Shown: positions 49,636 to 63,169, numbered from the whole stretch's first letter. The stretch: 63,916 bases of DNA, filler included, from Octopus bimaculoides (GCF_001194135.2; 6 parts of 5 records of this genome joined end to end with filler, not necessarily neighbours in it), one strand, 5' to 3'. Numbers and translations: made by a program. Notes: generated by a model not told the origin, from the sequence alone.

Positions 49636-50756
49636 CAGGATGCGAACGGTATTTGATGACAGATTTATGGTTTTAAAAAAGCGCTGAAATAATAGCGGAA
49701 AAAAGCTGTATTTTTATAGAAATAGCATAAGCATAAAGCTTAATTATTAATTTAATAATTTCATGCAATAAACTACCACAAGCATCAACAACTGCCCCTA
49801 CGCGAGGTTGAAATTGTTTACAAGCTCTGATTCAGTGGTCCTTGTTCATATCGGACATGAGTCGAACTATAGCGGCTTTCAAAGAATTTTTGGAATTGAC
49901 ATTTTTCTCGACGATGCTCCATGCATAGTAGTCTACTGGATTGAGATCTGGAGAATTAAGAGACCAAATTTGGGGCGATGTGATCATGCAAATTGTCGGC
50001 CATCCATTCTTGTGTCGTTTGAACCTTGACTGATGGTACAGAAACTTGTTGAAAAATATAAGGCCTTCCATTGCATACACCGTTGATCAAAAAAGCTTAA
50101 CAACTTTACCCAGAACCTCAATGTACGCACAACATTCACCTTAAGCCCTTATGGAAAAAGTGTGAGGAGTCATCATCCTTCATTGCTAACAACACCCAAA
50201 ACCATGACACTTGCAGGAAATTTTGTGCGCATTACTCTTGGAACCTCAAAAGGGTCTGCACATAGCCATCTTTCATTTCCTCTGTTAGTTTTCTGGTCAT
50301 GGTCAAAGTTTTGTCATCTGCGAAAAACCAAATCACACCATCTTCTGATGGATTTTTAGGTTTGTTCAAAAGTCTTTTGGATCTGATTAAACGGTTTCCT
50401 TTTGTTTTTTTCTGACATGAATTGACCTCTCCTCATCACGTGTGACTTGTGTCTGATGTTTTCATGCACATCATTTCTGATATCTTTTTTTCTGACACGA
50501 AATTGTTTTGCAATTGACCACATTGATTTTCGTGGATTGTCTTCAATGTTTTGCTTAACTTCCTGAATAAATTCAGGTGTCCTAACTCACACCGAGTCTT
50601 GTTGACAAAAGATCTTGCAACTTTCATAAAGTATAGACATTTCTAAAACACCATGCTTAGTCTTCAAAACCACAATCACAGCATGCCTTTTCTTTTCATT
50701 AGTAAGCATAGGGCTTGTCATTGTTATTTTCTGAAATAGAAGTTCAATAAAAATTA
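49636..50756 (-). mobile_element. Tc1/mariner-superfamily DD37D (maT/mori-like) transposon, decayed
   Basis: Minus strand: VIWFFADDK, RWLCADPFEVPRVMRTKFPASVMVLGVVSNEG, GRPYIFQQV(D mutated)…WSLNSPDLNPVDYYAWSIVEK with 37-residue spacing across a frameshift. TA-caggatg terminus at 49636; the other end runs into the join. Confidence 0.85.
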
Positions 50757-50856
50757 NNNNNNNNNNNNNNNNNNNNNNNNNNNNNNNNNNNNNNNNNNNN
50801 TTAATTAATTAANNNNNNNNNNNNNNNNNNNNNNNNNNNNNNNNNNNNNNNNNNNN
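50757..50856. other. Artificial scaffold-join spacer
   Basis: 44 N + TTAATTAATTAA (50801-50812) + 44 N. Confidence 0.95.
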
Positions 50857-51162
50857 AAAATACAAAGACCTGGAAATAGAGATAACTCGAATGTGGAATC
50901 TAAAAACAGAAACAATTCCTATCATAGTAGGTGCCTTAGGTATAATAAAAAAAATATTCAGACAAATACATAACAAAAACACCAGGACTTACAAATATAT
51001 ATAACATACAGAAAATTGCACTACTGGGTACTGCACACATTCTACGCAAAACACTTTCAATACAGTAAACATAAGAGCACCACAGCAAACCACAGCACAT
51101 ACCCAAGGCGCACAGAGCTGCGCTCGGTAGTGAAGTGAAAGCACGTTATAAAAATAAAACTA

Positions 51163-51195
<33 letters not shown>
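50857..51195 (+). mobile_element. R4/Dong-clade retrotransposon 3' end with (TAA)n tail, second copy
   Basis: KYKDLEIEITRMWNLKTETIPIIVGALG…LLGTAHILRKTLSIQ* (stop 51068). Differs from the 30662-30970 copy at about a dozen positions by eye. Confidence 0.9.
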
Positions 51196-51965
51196 TTATT
51201 TGATAATAATAATATTAATGATAACTTATTTGATAATAATAACAACAACAGCAATAGAAATTAATAACAACAAACAGGCTCCCATCATTCTTTTCCGGTG
51301 ATAAGTTTATGCTGTGCTGTTATCGGTTGTTAGGTCTTCCAGCTGTACAGATAAAGAATTCAGCGAAAATATCAACAACAATTTGGGCAAATTGATCTAT
51401 ATAAAAACTGGGAACTTGAAAGATTAAAAGATAGAAACCAAAAATAATCGATGCCGAAATATATAAAAAATAAATAAACAGATAAACTGAAGTTATAGGA
51501 AAGAAAAACGACAAAAACACGATAAAAAAATTCTAAGAATAAGATTATTGTTTAACTTGGATCATTGGCAATTTGATCAAACGATTTAGAACTACAGTGA
51601 GAGGTGATAATACAAGAGATATACCTTTTCACTTTGTACAAATACTTGCATGCACGGAGCTAAAAGTACATTTGATTCTGCGTGTATATGTTTGAGTGTG
51701 TGTGTCTGTGTGTATGTGTGTGGTTGTACGTGTGTGTGCACATAGATGTGTGTTTGTGTGAAAGGTGTGCAAATTCCGATAAAAAATTATTTCAAGTTAA
51801 TAAAAAATATGATAGATGGAAACATCGCCACCACAATTCTAAAGATGCATGGTAAGCCATAAATATATTCATTTGGCCTTTCATTTGTTTCAGTCATTTG
51901 ACTGCGGCCATGCTGGAGCACCACCTTTAGTCGAACAAGTCGACCCTAGGACTTACTCTTTGTAC

Positions 51966-52000
<35 letters not shown>

Positions 52001-52899
52001 TTATGATGATGATGGTGATGATGATGATAATACTGATGCAGTACAAGACAGTGGCTCTCATGGCTTTTGATTTTAACTGATTGGAAGTGTTATCATTTAC
52101 ATTGTTTTGTCTTGGTATAAAAGATGGGCTGCAGCAAATATTCTGCTCAATATCATGGATTTGCTTGTCAGTTGCTTGACCAGTTGAGCATGTCTCTTAG
52201 TGGCTGACGATGTGTGCATCCCCGATGACGAGTAGAAGTAGTGGGGGAGCATCATAGCCATTGGTTGAGACGATTTCTTTGGGATTTGAAAAATTCACCT
52301 CTGAAAACATGGATGTTGTGTTCATCATCCTTAAACAAACCTTATTCAGGGACCTTTTGAGCAGGATGGGTTACTCAACCTGAAGAAAATTCATATGCAT
52401 ATATCTATATATGAATATATCTATATCTATCTATCTATATGCATTGCTACCTTTTAAGCACTCACTGTCTTAAACATCTATATATGTATAAAGAGTGAGA
52501 GGGAGGGAAAGGGTGGGAAAAACAGATAAACAGGTGGATAAATCAATAGAAAGATAAATAGATAGATAGATAAATACAATGCTAATATTTTAAAATAATA
52601 TTCCATGCTAAAGAGATAGAGTTTGTTTATGATAAGACTATTGACACACCTAGTTATTGGAACTTTACGTTACTGATAATCTGCCTGGATACGAAGTGCA
52701 GTATAGATGTTTCCTTGTTCAGAATCTAAAAAGCAACGTGCAGGTAAATCGTATTGGAGTAGATACCTGATAAAAAAGGAATGAGAAGAAAATGACAGTA
52801 AGAATAGAGCTAAGATCCCATATCTTCTAGTCGTTGACAGGAAGCGGTCAGGTTGGAAATTATTGAAGCTGTTATTGTGAATGACATTTAGAATGCAAC

Positions 52900-53795
52900 T
52901 GGGTTATACATCATAAATTGTAAGGCTGCAACTAAAGCAACCAATTGTTTATATCCAACCCGATCAGAAGCATTTCATCGTAAATAACTCTAATATGCAC
53001 AGAGGTTTAAAAGATTTTATTACGTTCTTGAATATGGGTCTTAAAAATAACTGTGAATAACAGCCTTTGTAAATAGACACTTTGGATGTCATTCTAAATC
53101 TAGAAAAGGGTTAATGTTTAGCCTTGCCATAAATATAACGAAAGACATTTTTACAGCTACAAGCATTCCATCCATCCTCTTGGCAGGCTCAGTGAAATCG
53201 TATCCGGCACCAACGAGAACATAACCTTACTATTCTTCAAAACAACCAATAATCTCAAGTTATTACTACGAAGCATTGCAAAGAAGTGGTTATTTAGAAT
53301 GTGTACAACATATCCATGTCTAAAGAGATTCAGGCGGGAGTGTAGCATACACAAAATGCTATGGTACAATCCCCTATTTAATGTGAATGTTAGCACAAAT
53401 GTAGCGAAAGCTTTCCTGGACCGAGAATCACTATACTTATACTCAAATCCATTTGGTATTACGGAAAACTTGAGTACAAACGTTATTAATGTTTCTTAGC
53501 GGTTCTGTCTGAACTTCACCGACATGATTAACATGCAGCATGTAAAGATACAAATCAACAATAGAACCAACGAACTCGTACAAAATTTTAACTCCTGGAT
53601 CTCATCTAACGGTATCCTCAATAGGCAGAGTCTTCAAAATTTCTATAGTATACCACAGTAAAAAAAGAAAGCATTGGAATTATGTTGTTCACACTAATAC
53701 GTCAAATTCAAGCCCTACTTCTGAAATATCCCTTGTCGTACTCAACGGATGCCCCAGCATTGCCACAACGCTAGGGCTGAAACACGTAAAGGAAG

Positions 53796-53834
<39 letters not shown>

Positions 53835-53866
53835 GGTGTGGGTGTGTGTATACATACATACATACA

Positions 53867-53900
<34 letters not shown>

Positions 53901-54250
53901 CATGTGTATTCACACACACTTATATTATATATATATATATATATATGGCTGCAGAAATCCGATGCGTACAGAGGAAGTGTAGCAAAGACGTTCGAGATAT
54001 ACAACCATGCCAGGGCTAATAGATGTGCCCGTACACGAACGTTTCTATAACAGAGATCCGGAACAGTGCACTAAAATATACTAGGCTATCTCAGCAGACT
54101 TTCTCCGACAAAATATAGTTTTAGACACTCAAGAACGGAATAAATATGCCGTACCTAGTTCCTGCTCCCGAATTTCAAGTCCTTCGAGAAGATCTCTGTT
54201 TACACGTCTCATAACAATTTCTTAACAAAACACACAACACGGAAACACAA
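52900..54250 (+). mobile_element. Decayed Penelope-like element (RT thumb/linker, probable GIY-YIG remnant), interrupted by microsatellites
   Basis: DTLDVILNLEKG, YSYKHSIHP, YYEALQRSGY and WYNPLFNVNVSTNVAKAFL match the PLE motifs FLDVTLNL, YxxxxSNHP, YxxALxxSGY and WFNPPFSxNVxTN. Boundaries approximate. Confidence 0.75.
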
Positions 54251-55995
54251 TGGAATTTGAGACCTACAGAATGAACACAAGACAACATAACTTAATATCG
54301 TTTTTCATGACAAAAATTACAATAGCTTATTAATTATGTGCACAGCAATACAAAATGATTAAATTGACAATAGTGTGTTAATTATCCACACTGCATGACT
54401 AAATGAATATAATGGTGTGTAGAACTTTAAAAAAAAAAGGAAAACGCCAAAAAACAAAGAAACTAGAGTAATCATGCTAACCTCTGAAAAAATAATAGAC
54501 TTCTTTTTTAAGCAACATTATATCTCTGACCATCCTCCGAAATTTTTTCTGGTATTGAGTGCCTTGGACTACATTATCAAGTATTTCGTTTCAATTTTAT
54601 TAGAACCGTATTATTTAACCAGCGTGATATTTAACTGCTATCTATAGCACTTCAAGCAACCGTGAAGACGTTTTGTATTTCTTTCATATCTTTGATAGAT
54701 ATTGCAAACCATAATTTCTAGGTTAGAAATAGCAGCCAAATGACACTCGTCCAAACATGGAAAAGGAAACAATAGGTAGTTTAATGATAGATAATACAGT
54801 TCTATATTTAAATGATGAGGAATTATGTACATTATTTACATTATTTATATTTGACGCATATTTGTCCTCATCTTGTTTGTTGTTAACACAACATTTCGGC
54901 TGATATACCCTCAGCCTTCATCAGATGTCTTGGGGAAATTTCGAATCTGGGTTCTCATTCCCAAGGTATCTTTTCGATGTTGTTATTATTACTATTATTA
55001 TACAGGTCACTGCCTGGAATCGAACTGGGAATCTTGGGGTTAGTAGCCCGCACCCTTAACCACTACGCCATATGCGAGTAATGTAAATAATATTAATGAT
55101 ATATATTCTTAAAACGGCAAAAGACTCGTAGTTTATCTTTTGATCAGAGTTCGGGTTGGTTAAGCTTGTCTAAGGCAAAACAGAATCAAAATCATGAAAG
55201 TTGGTCATGTTCTTGATATTGTTGTTCAAACACAGATCGCCCTTCACTGAAATGCTTTAAACGTAACTTTTTCATTTTGTTTTATTTTGGGAAAGTGTAT
55301 TTTAGTTGTGTCCCAGTGAGAGGTTTTGATTTGAAAGCGATTTAGCCCAAGATTTCAGGCCTCGTGAATACAGTAGAAAGGAAAAATAATGATGCAGTTT
55401 ATTCACCAAACCAAAGCCTCGGTGCCAACACATTTTCGAATTCGTTGAACTATGAACACTATGCGGTTGCGTCTTGCTGGTCTATCATTCGTCATATGTA
55501 TTGATATTTTAGAACGCGCAAGCCAAATACATTTTCATACAAGTTATACACATTGCACGACATGCTGCTTAAATACAAAATTTAATATTCAACAAATAGT
55601 TTCAGCAAATTTCTCGTATAAGAGAAAAAACAAAAAACAGGTGGTAATACTCGAGAAAAAAAAAAGAAACAGAAAAATGCAACAAACAAACATTAATTGT
55701 AGAAAGGTGAAAGAAAATTGGGCGAATCACATGATATGCTTTTAATAGTATGTAACAAATTGCAAGCGAAAACCTACTGAAGTATTATACGTCTGCTTCC
55801 ACGACAGCTAATATATCATATTTAAATATGCAATAAAAATCAGCATATTCACTTTCAAACCTTCCGACTACCAAACTTGCAAAGGTGACTGCGAAAGTTA
55901 TAAACACTTGAAATGGTTTTGTGCGTCTGTGTGTGTAGTGTGAGTATATTATACATGCATACATACATACATGCGTACATGCATACATACGCACA

Positions 55996-56029
<34 letters not shown>

Positions 56030-56365
56030 CAGAAATACATTTATGCATCTTATGCACACATGCATCTCTGTAGATATATCATTATTCTATAGCTGTTCTT
56101 GTATGAATACGTATATATGTTTATATGTGTNNNNNNNNNNNNNNNNNNNNNNNNNNNNNNNNNNNNNNNNNNNNNNNNNNNNNNNNNNNNNNNNNNNNNN
56201 NNNNNNNNNNNNNNNNNNNNNNNNNNNNNNNNNNNNNNNNNNNNNNNNNNNNNNNNNNNNNNNNNNNNNNNNNNNNNNNNNNNNNNNNNNNNNNNNNNNN
56301 NNNNNNNNNNNNNNNNNNNNNNNNNNNNNNNNNNNNNNNNNNNNNNNNNNNNNNNNNNNNNNNNN

Positions 56366-56414
<49 letters not shown>

Positions 56415-57256
56415 TGTATTCAATACATGACCATATGTACGGATATAGATATATGTATGTGTGTTTATATATGTATATATATACATATCTATATGTATAT
56501 TTGTATATATGAACACATTTATACATGTATATGAACACATGTGTGTATCTGAACGTGCGTGTGTATAAGTATATATACGTATGCATGTAACATATATAAC
56601 ATATTTATATATGTATGCATATATGTATATATATATGTATGTATATATATATATATATATTTATAGCAATGCTTATATATTCACACGCACACATACGCAC
56701 GTACTCAAACACATATATACATATGATACATGCGTAAACATATACTTATCTATGCTAATATAATGGACACATATATAACGATATGGTGTGTTTAAGATAA
56801 GTCAGACAGAGTAAATACGTTTAGTAATTGATCATATTTTGCACTAAAATAGCCGCCATCTAACAAGTATTGGTTATTTCGATATTTGATTAGATTTTCT
56901 CTCACCAAATGTTAAATAACTGCCTTCAATAAAGATATTACGGCTTTCCATAGACTATTGAGATCAGTCAATAATGTGTAATGAGCAAGAATATTAAATC
57001 GGACCTTAGGCCCTTAGAAGTACTGTGAGAAGAAGGAAATTAAAAGTCTGTATGTTATTGATGGTACGTTATACTATGGAGGGTAAAACATGAAAGTTTT
57101 TCCCTTTGAACAAAGTAAAATGTGTATAATTATATATGAAATTTAAGGTAGATTTATAGTGCATTTGGTGTTCCATAGGTCTCTTACTATTATCTGTCCA
57201 GCATTTGTTACTTGTAACTAACCACAAACACATGTCAGCATTTGCCAATCTATCTG

Positions 57257-57292
57257 CCTATCTATCTATCTATCTATCTATCTACCTATCTA

Positions 57293-57325
<33 letters not shown>

Positions 57326-57410
57326 CTATCTGTCTTTCTTTCTATCTTTCTTTCTTTCTTTTTTCTTTCTTTCTTTCTTTCTTTCTTTCTTTTTTTCTAT
57401 CTATCCATCC

Positions 57411-57468
<58 letters not shown>

Positions 57469-57487
57469 GTATCTATCCGTCTATCCG

Positions 57488-57536
<49 letters not shown>

Positions 57537-57540
57537 ATAT
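57257..57540. repeat. Compound (TCTA)n/(TTTC)n microsatellite
   Basis: Direct reading. Confidence 0.95.
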
Positions 57541-57666
57541 GCGTCCGGGTTCATTCCCATTGCACGGCATCTAGGGTTAGTGTCTTCTACTGAAACAATC
57601 CTGTCGTGTATATAGATATATCTATGTAAATATATGTGTGTGTGTGTGTGTGTGTGCGTGTGTATG

Positions 57667-57766
57667 NNNNNNNNNNNNNNNNNNNNNNNNNNNNNNNNNN
57701 NNNNNNNNNNTTAATTAATTAANNNNNNNNNNNNNNNNNNNNNNNNNNNNNNNNNNNNNNNNNNNN
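57667..57766. other. Artificial scaffold-join spacer
   Basis: 44 N + TTAATTAATTAA (57711-57722) + 44 N. Confidence 0.95.
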
Positions 57767-58231
57767 ATATACTACTATATCTCTCTCTTTCCCCCTTCGT
57801 ACTTCCTTCTGTTACTACTATATTCCTCTCTTCCTCTCTTTCTCTCGTTGGTCACCTATTCTTCTACTTCCTCCCTTTGTTTCTCTCTCTACCACTCTCT
57901 CTCTCTCTCTTACCCCTGCATGGTCACATGCTTCCGGTCACTAATCCTTTTCTTCCTTGGCTATCGCCGAGCATACACGCGAACTTACTCGTCCCCACTT
58001 TCAAGTTCGTGCCTCACAGCGTTCATATACACATAATTTTTCACGTTTGGCCGCATAGCCTTTTCCGTTTGTTTTCCTGTCTTGTTTTCTTTTCCGTTTG
58101 TTTTCCTGTCTTGTTTTTTGTCCGCCACTACATTCCTCCATGGTACAGGTTTAATTTGTGCATACANNNNNNNNNNNNNNNNNNNNNNNNNNNNNNNNNN
58201 NNNNNNNNNNNNNNNNNNNNNNNNNNNNNNN

Positions 58232-58273
<42 letters not shown>

Positions 58274-58807
58274 TCGTGTATATGTAAAAAGCACACATAC
58301 ACACAGTATCAGCTAAAATATAAACAGAGATAATTCTATGCACTGTGGAATAACTGTGTCAGTTGTTTTCTGGTAGACAGAAGTGATATCCAATGAAATT
58401 ATAGCCTAGGAGTTCTTTGTCTGGCATATAAAATACCTTTATATGTAAATAATCATCTTTATCGGACCTTATTAAAAAACCTTATATAAACGAGCCAACA
58501 GTGTACCTTCTACCCGACCTTTAGAAATAGCGACCAAATTCCGTAAAATCATATTTTACCATCTTAAAACAAGAATACATTAGATAACATAGCCGAAGAT
58601 ATACTACCTGAAATAAAGACGGGGTGGTCCCACTCTGCAGAGTTTACCAGAGGTAAAAGAGTAACCAGAACAAATAATCATCTTGTGGTGAATCAGTAAT
58701 TGGTTACAAGAAAATAGTAATAATTTGTCGTGGCTTACGAGTAAGGATATCATTTCTTGGCAGAAATACTGTTTGTTTTTATTCAATTTATATTTTATTT
58801 TGAACAG

Positions 58808-58943
58808 GCTTTTTCATATGATGGAAAATCTCAAACCATTTCCGCGCTAGACAAATCTCGAGAAGACGAAATTGGAAGAGTATATCAAAAGGAATTAGCG
58901 TATAGTGATGTGGAAATAGTGAACAAAATGTACAACTGTAGAG
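58808..58943 (+). CDS. Internal exon: C-terminal part of an astacin (M12A) metalloprotease domain
   Basis: ttttattttgaacag|…|gtaata, phase 0 to phase 1. AFSYDGKSQTISALDKSREDEIGRVYQKELAYSDVEIVNKMYNCR matches the astacin consensus AFSxNGxxTI…IGQxxxLSxxDxxxINKxYxC. Confidence 0.88.
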
Positions 58944-60789
58944 GTAATATATATGACAATTCTTTCAAATAACTGTTTTATTCAATATTTCCGTACTTCG
59001 AATTTTCAATGAAAGGTAAATAGAAAATTATAACCGACACGCTATTCTTAAGATCATGAAGATAATTAATTTAGTAAGCTAATTCATAAATTATTAATTT
59101 ATAATGTTGAAGCTGATATAAATTCTGACTAGTGTCTGAAACTAATATTTTTTATTCGGGATGCTGCAAAACTCGAAACTGGAGTTATAGAGGAGTACTT
59201 GAAAGCTATCATTAATCAAAAACTAATATTATTTTATCTAATCCGACAAGTATGGTAGATAAATCCATCATGTACTGCTTTGTTAGACATTCACAGCAAA
59301 GGAGAATGTTTTATGCTATATTTACTAAAGCATTGATAAGAGAGGATCATTAAGTAAATAATACACAACATTATGCACTTGCAGAGTAGTTTAAAGACAC
59401 TGGCAACCCGAGTAATTACCTAGGGTGTCACGTGGTAGGGGTGCCATGCCAAGTGTTGAATTTTTCAAATACTAGCTGTTTGGAAAGAAACATTACACAT
59501 ACACACATAGACACGCTTGTATCGAACGGTGAAGAGTGCTCAACACCATAGATAAATATTCATTATTTGTGGGTTAACAAGGCAACCACTGGTTTCATGT
59601 ATTCAATTGGGAGATAACTACCTACATTTTCAAATTGTTCGTTCGAGCAACTATGGAGATCTCCTCCACATGAAACCATTGGTTGTCTTCTCAATCCACA
59701 AATAAAGTGTGTACACATATACACACATTAGATATAGATATATATATATATAGAGAGAGAGAAAACAGAACACTGCGTAGTTTTAGGGACTGTGAACTGT
59801 TCTCTTTGACTTGTTATTTATGATAAACTGTTTATTTCTACATTAACACTTTCTCCTTCTTGTGAAAAAAATTATTAAAAATATACTTGATGGGCGCCAA
59901 AATTCAATTTACCCTGTTCACCTGAGAATGTGTTACAGAATTACTTACAGACATCATTCGCATGTAAAGCAATAAGTTAAGTTAGTGTTAACATTTAATG
60001 CAGTGAGCATAGAAAAAACTACAGTACAGCATCTTACTTTTGTAGTAACTCTCTCATTGCTAATTCTTAATAAAGTTCGATAAAGCCTGTTTCTCGGTGG
60101 ACATCTCAAAAGACAGAAGTAATCTCAGATTTGTCTCCCGTATTTATCGTAATGATTTAAATGTTATTATTACTCTATGACTGATATTGTAATTTCCTCA
60201 TCGAAAAATTGTTTCTAAATATTACTAATTAGAATTAACATATTTGATATTATGAGTATTAAAAATCTAAGAATTTACGTACTGCTTGTGATAGCGACAG
60301 TTTCCAAGTAATTTCTCTGAGTAACTTAGTTCCTTATAATACTGAAGAATGTTATCGCTGTACCTTGTTGACTAGGAATACAAACTGTATATGATGCTTC
60401 GGTAGTCATACTTATTCCCAGGACACTAGAGCCATTAGTGCGGGCTTAATTGAGGAGGCAACGGAAATGGCCGAAACTGACGTCAGTCTTAAGAATTCTC
60501 GGTTGGCATTTTTCGGAAAATTATGATCCCTGTTAGTGTATATGTTTTCATTCGTGTGCATTAACTACAACATTAGAGCATTTTAGCTCTTATTTCTAGC
60601 AATCTAAGCGTTTTTAACACCCTAGTGACAATTATAATTGATTAATTATATATATATATAGTGGACTCTCCCGTCTTTAGACGTATGAGGGTTCGGCAAT
60701 TTCTTGCCGAACAACCACACAGGGTCATAATGATTAAATGCTTGTGTACACGTAAACTCATTCCCGCCATCAAATCGGCATTACCTGAA

Positions 60790-60924
60790 CAGGTGCACCG
60801 TGTGCCACATATCAGATGACGAAATGATGGCAGAGCAAGTTGGAATGAAGTGCTTTGCTCAAGAACACAACGCAAAGCCCGGTCTGGGAATCGAATTCAC
60901 GCTCTCGCAATCGTGAGTGCAATA
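60790..60924 (-). mobile_element. SINE-like element (family C) head
   Basis: Reverse complement: gagcgtgaattcgattcccagaccgggc…gtgttcttgagcaaagcacttcatt. Confidence 0.55.
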
Positions 60925-60934
60925 NNNNNNNNNN

Positions 60935-60968
<34 letters not shown>

Positions 60969-61149
60969 GTGTGTGTGCGCACGTGTATATATATATATGG
61001 CAAACATTGACAGTCACTTTGAAGTTTTACACTGATTGATGACGGCTAATGAATCTTCAATTTAGTGTTTGACTAATTTTATATATAAATTTACATTAAA
61101 ACAAACACACACGTACACACATCACTTTGTTTTTCTTTCTATTCTCCAG

Positions 61150-61266
61150 CACGTTGTCCGGATAAGGATAGTATCAAATGTCTGGATGGTGGTGTTCTTG
61201 ACGAAAACTGCAAATGTATATGTCCAGATGGTTCCCAAGATTGTCGAGAGGGCGCTGTTGTCGATG
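61150..61266 (+). CDS. Internal exon: EGF-like module following the astacin domain
   Basis: ttctattctccag|…|gtatgt, 117 nt, phase 1-1, splicing in frame to the previous exon. (A)RCPDKDSIKCLDGGVLDENCKCICPDGSQDCREGAVVD has six Cys in an EGF-like CxxGG…CxCxCPxG…C pattern. Confidence 0.88.
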
Positions 61267-62129
61267 GTATGTTTAGTTCATTTTCATGATATATATTCTC
61301 TGTACTGGATGTGAGTGTTGTAACCGTTGATGTCTTTAGAATGGCAGATTCATAAGCGAAGAACTTGATGTGGGTAAATTCCTCGTTAATATTGCAAAGT
61401 GTTAGGGGTAAAACCATTTATGTTTGGCTGACTTATGTGACCTACATTTTGAGCGAATACATTGTACATGGTCACTAGATTTGCTAGATATAGCAGTAAA
61501 ACTCCATCAAATTACACCCTGTGAACTATTGTAGCTAAAAGAAAGATGGATGAAGGTACATCCTGAGAAGCAATGTTTTGGGGGCGGCATTTTATGCATG
61601 TATCACGTATTCTTTTGAATGCACGCGAGAGGAGGGTAAATTCAAGAAATGCCTCGAGCGGCAAATGCTCCAACTCTATCACCGACTCTGCCGTCTCTAC
61701 AAAAGAACATTTTGTTAGTGTAGTCTAGTTGTATTAAGACTGAAATATAGAGATGATCATGGATAGAACATCTTTAATGAAATGCGCGCTGGAACAATAC
61801 TGCCTTAGTTAAAGAGTGAAAAGTGTGGTTTCGTTTCATTTGTTTGCAGAGATGAATTGACTCCTGTCATGGAACGTGCGAAAACATCAGGAACCCACTA
61901 AATTAAATCCAGTTTGAATGAGTTTCAGATAGTTATTTACAAACATACTAGCCGAATGAGAAAGGAGAGAAAAGAGAAAGGACGAGAAAGGGACTCAGTA
62001 AAAAAAAAAAAAAGAGTGATTAAAAACAATAGGACGAATGTAAAGGAAGAAAGAAGGGGAAGTGAATGATTTTATGCAACAACAGTAATGTCCTTAAAGC
62101 TCCGGAAAGTGGCCGGTTTAATGAAGTAT

Positions 62130-62320
62130 GACCTCCAAATGCAATCAATCGCTTGGAAAAATGGAAGGTGAAATTAGAAGAAGCAACCAAAGAGAGGCTG
62201 GTTCGAGGATATTGAAACGTGGAATATGATGAGAACACCGGAATACATAAAGAAAGTCCAAGACCCAAAAGTATGAAAAGTAATGGAAAAAATATTCATA
62301 GTGCTCCACCAATGGTAATC
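62130..62320 (+). mobile_element. Decayed RTE-clade LINE ORF C-terminus
   Basis: GKMEGEIRR then, after a frameshift, RGWFEDIETW…KKVQDPKV*K, resembling the RTE motif GxxEGxRxRGRxxxxWxDDI…DRxxW. Confidence 0.45.
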
Positions 62321-62749
62321 TGATTGTATGACAGAGAACCATCTACAGTCAGCTGATGAATAAGTTGTTTATCGTCAGTAGCTCTACGAACTGTGATCAT
62401 TCCGACTTTTTGTTTTTCGCGAAGCAAACTAAATTATCCAATGTGTCATATCCTTTTTAAGACAGAGTGGTGTAATTTGAGGGAGGTTTGGTTGCTACTA
62501 CTAGCATGCCGAACGACTGCGTAAAAAACCCTTCATTGACTCAAATGCGGCAGAGGTTGACTTTGCCTTTCGTCCCCTCGGAGTCGATAAAATAAATACC
62601 ATTTGAGCCCTGGGATCAATGCAATCAACTAGTCCCTACGCCCGAAATTTCGGGCCTTGTCCCAATTATTGAAAAAGATTGAAATATACGGAATAAAAAA
62701 CTACTATATGCTTTCTGTTTTCTTTTTAAATATGTGGTGATAATAGAAT

Positions 62750-62849
62750 NNNNNNNNNNNNNNNNNNNNNNNNNNNNNNNNNNNNNNNNNNNNTTAATTA
62801 ATTAANNNNNNNNNNNNNNNNNNNNNNNNNNNNNNNNNNNNNNNNNNNN
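62750..62849. other. Artificial scaffold-join spacer
   Basis: 44 N + TTAATTAATTAA (62794-62805) + 44 N. Confidence 0.95.
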
Positions 62850-63169
62850 CATCAAAATTCATATATTTTTGATGTTGATGAAATTTTAACCATACATATG
62901 CACAAATAAAGTAATATTTCTAAAATTTCTTCTTCTTAGCAGTTACAAAGACCGCTTCATGGGGACTTCACACCCACAATTTAGACATTTTCCCTAAGCA
63001 AAGATGAATAAGAAGAAAGCAAAGGACCACTAATGAGGTCACAGAAGTGTGACGAAAGAACTCTGGCCACAATACGATTTAATGTAATATAAAGCTGAAG
63101 CAAATTAACACCAAATATATAGTGTGTGTGTTTTTATTGGCTAAACTGGGAACCTGACCATCCCCGTGC

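Noticed and set aside
55190-55225. catgaaagttggtcatgttctt resembling an HExxH zinc motif
   Set aside because: Needs a frameshift, lacks the following GxxH, and has no splice sites.
58330-58350. DNSMHCG resembling the astacin Met-turn SxMHY
   Set aside because: Lacks the Tyr, has no acceptor, and the frame ends in a stop without a phase-0 donor.
59160-59720. Faint reverse-transcriptase-like words (FTKA-DK, GVxxG)
   Set aside because: Too decayed to support a call without a translated search.
61340-61373. Possible next exon after the EGF exon (tttag|aatggcag…gtgg|gtaaat)
   Set aside because: The required phase-1 frame contains TGA.
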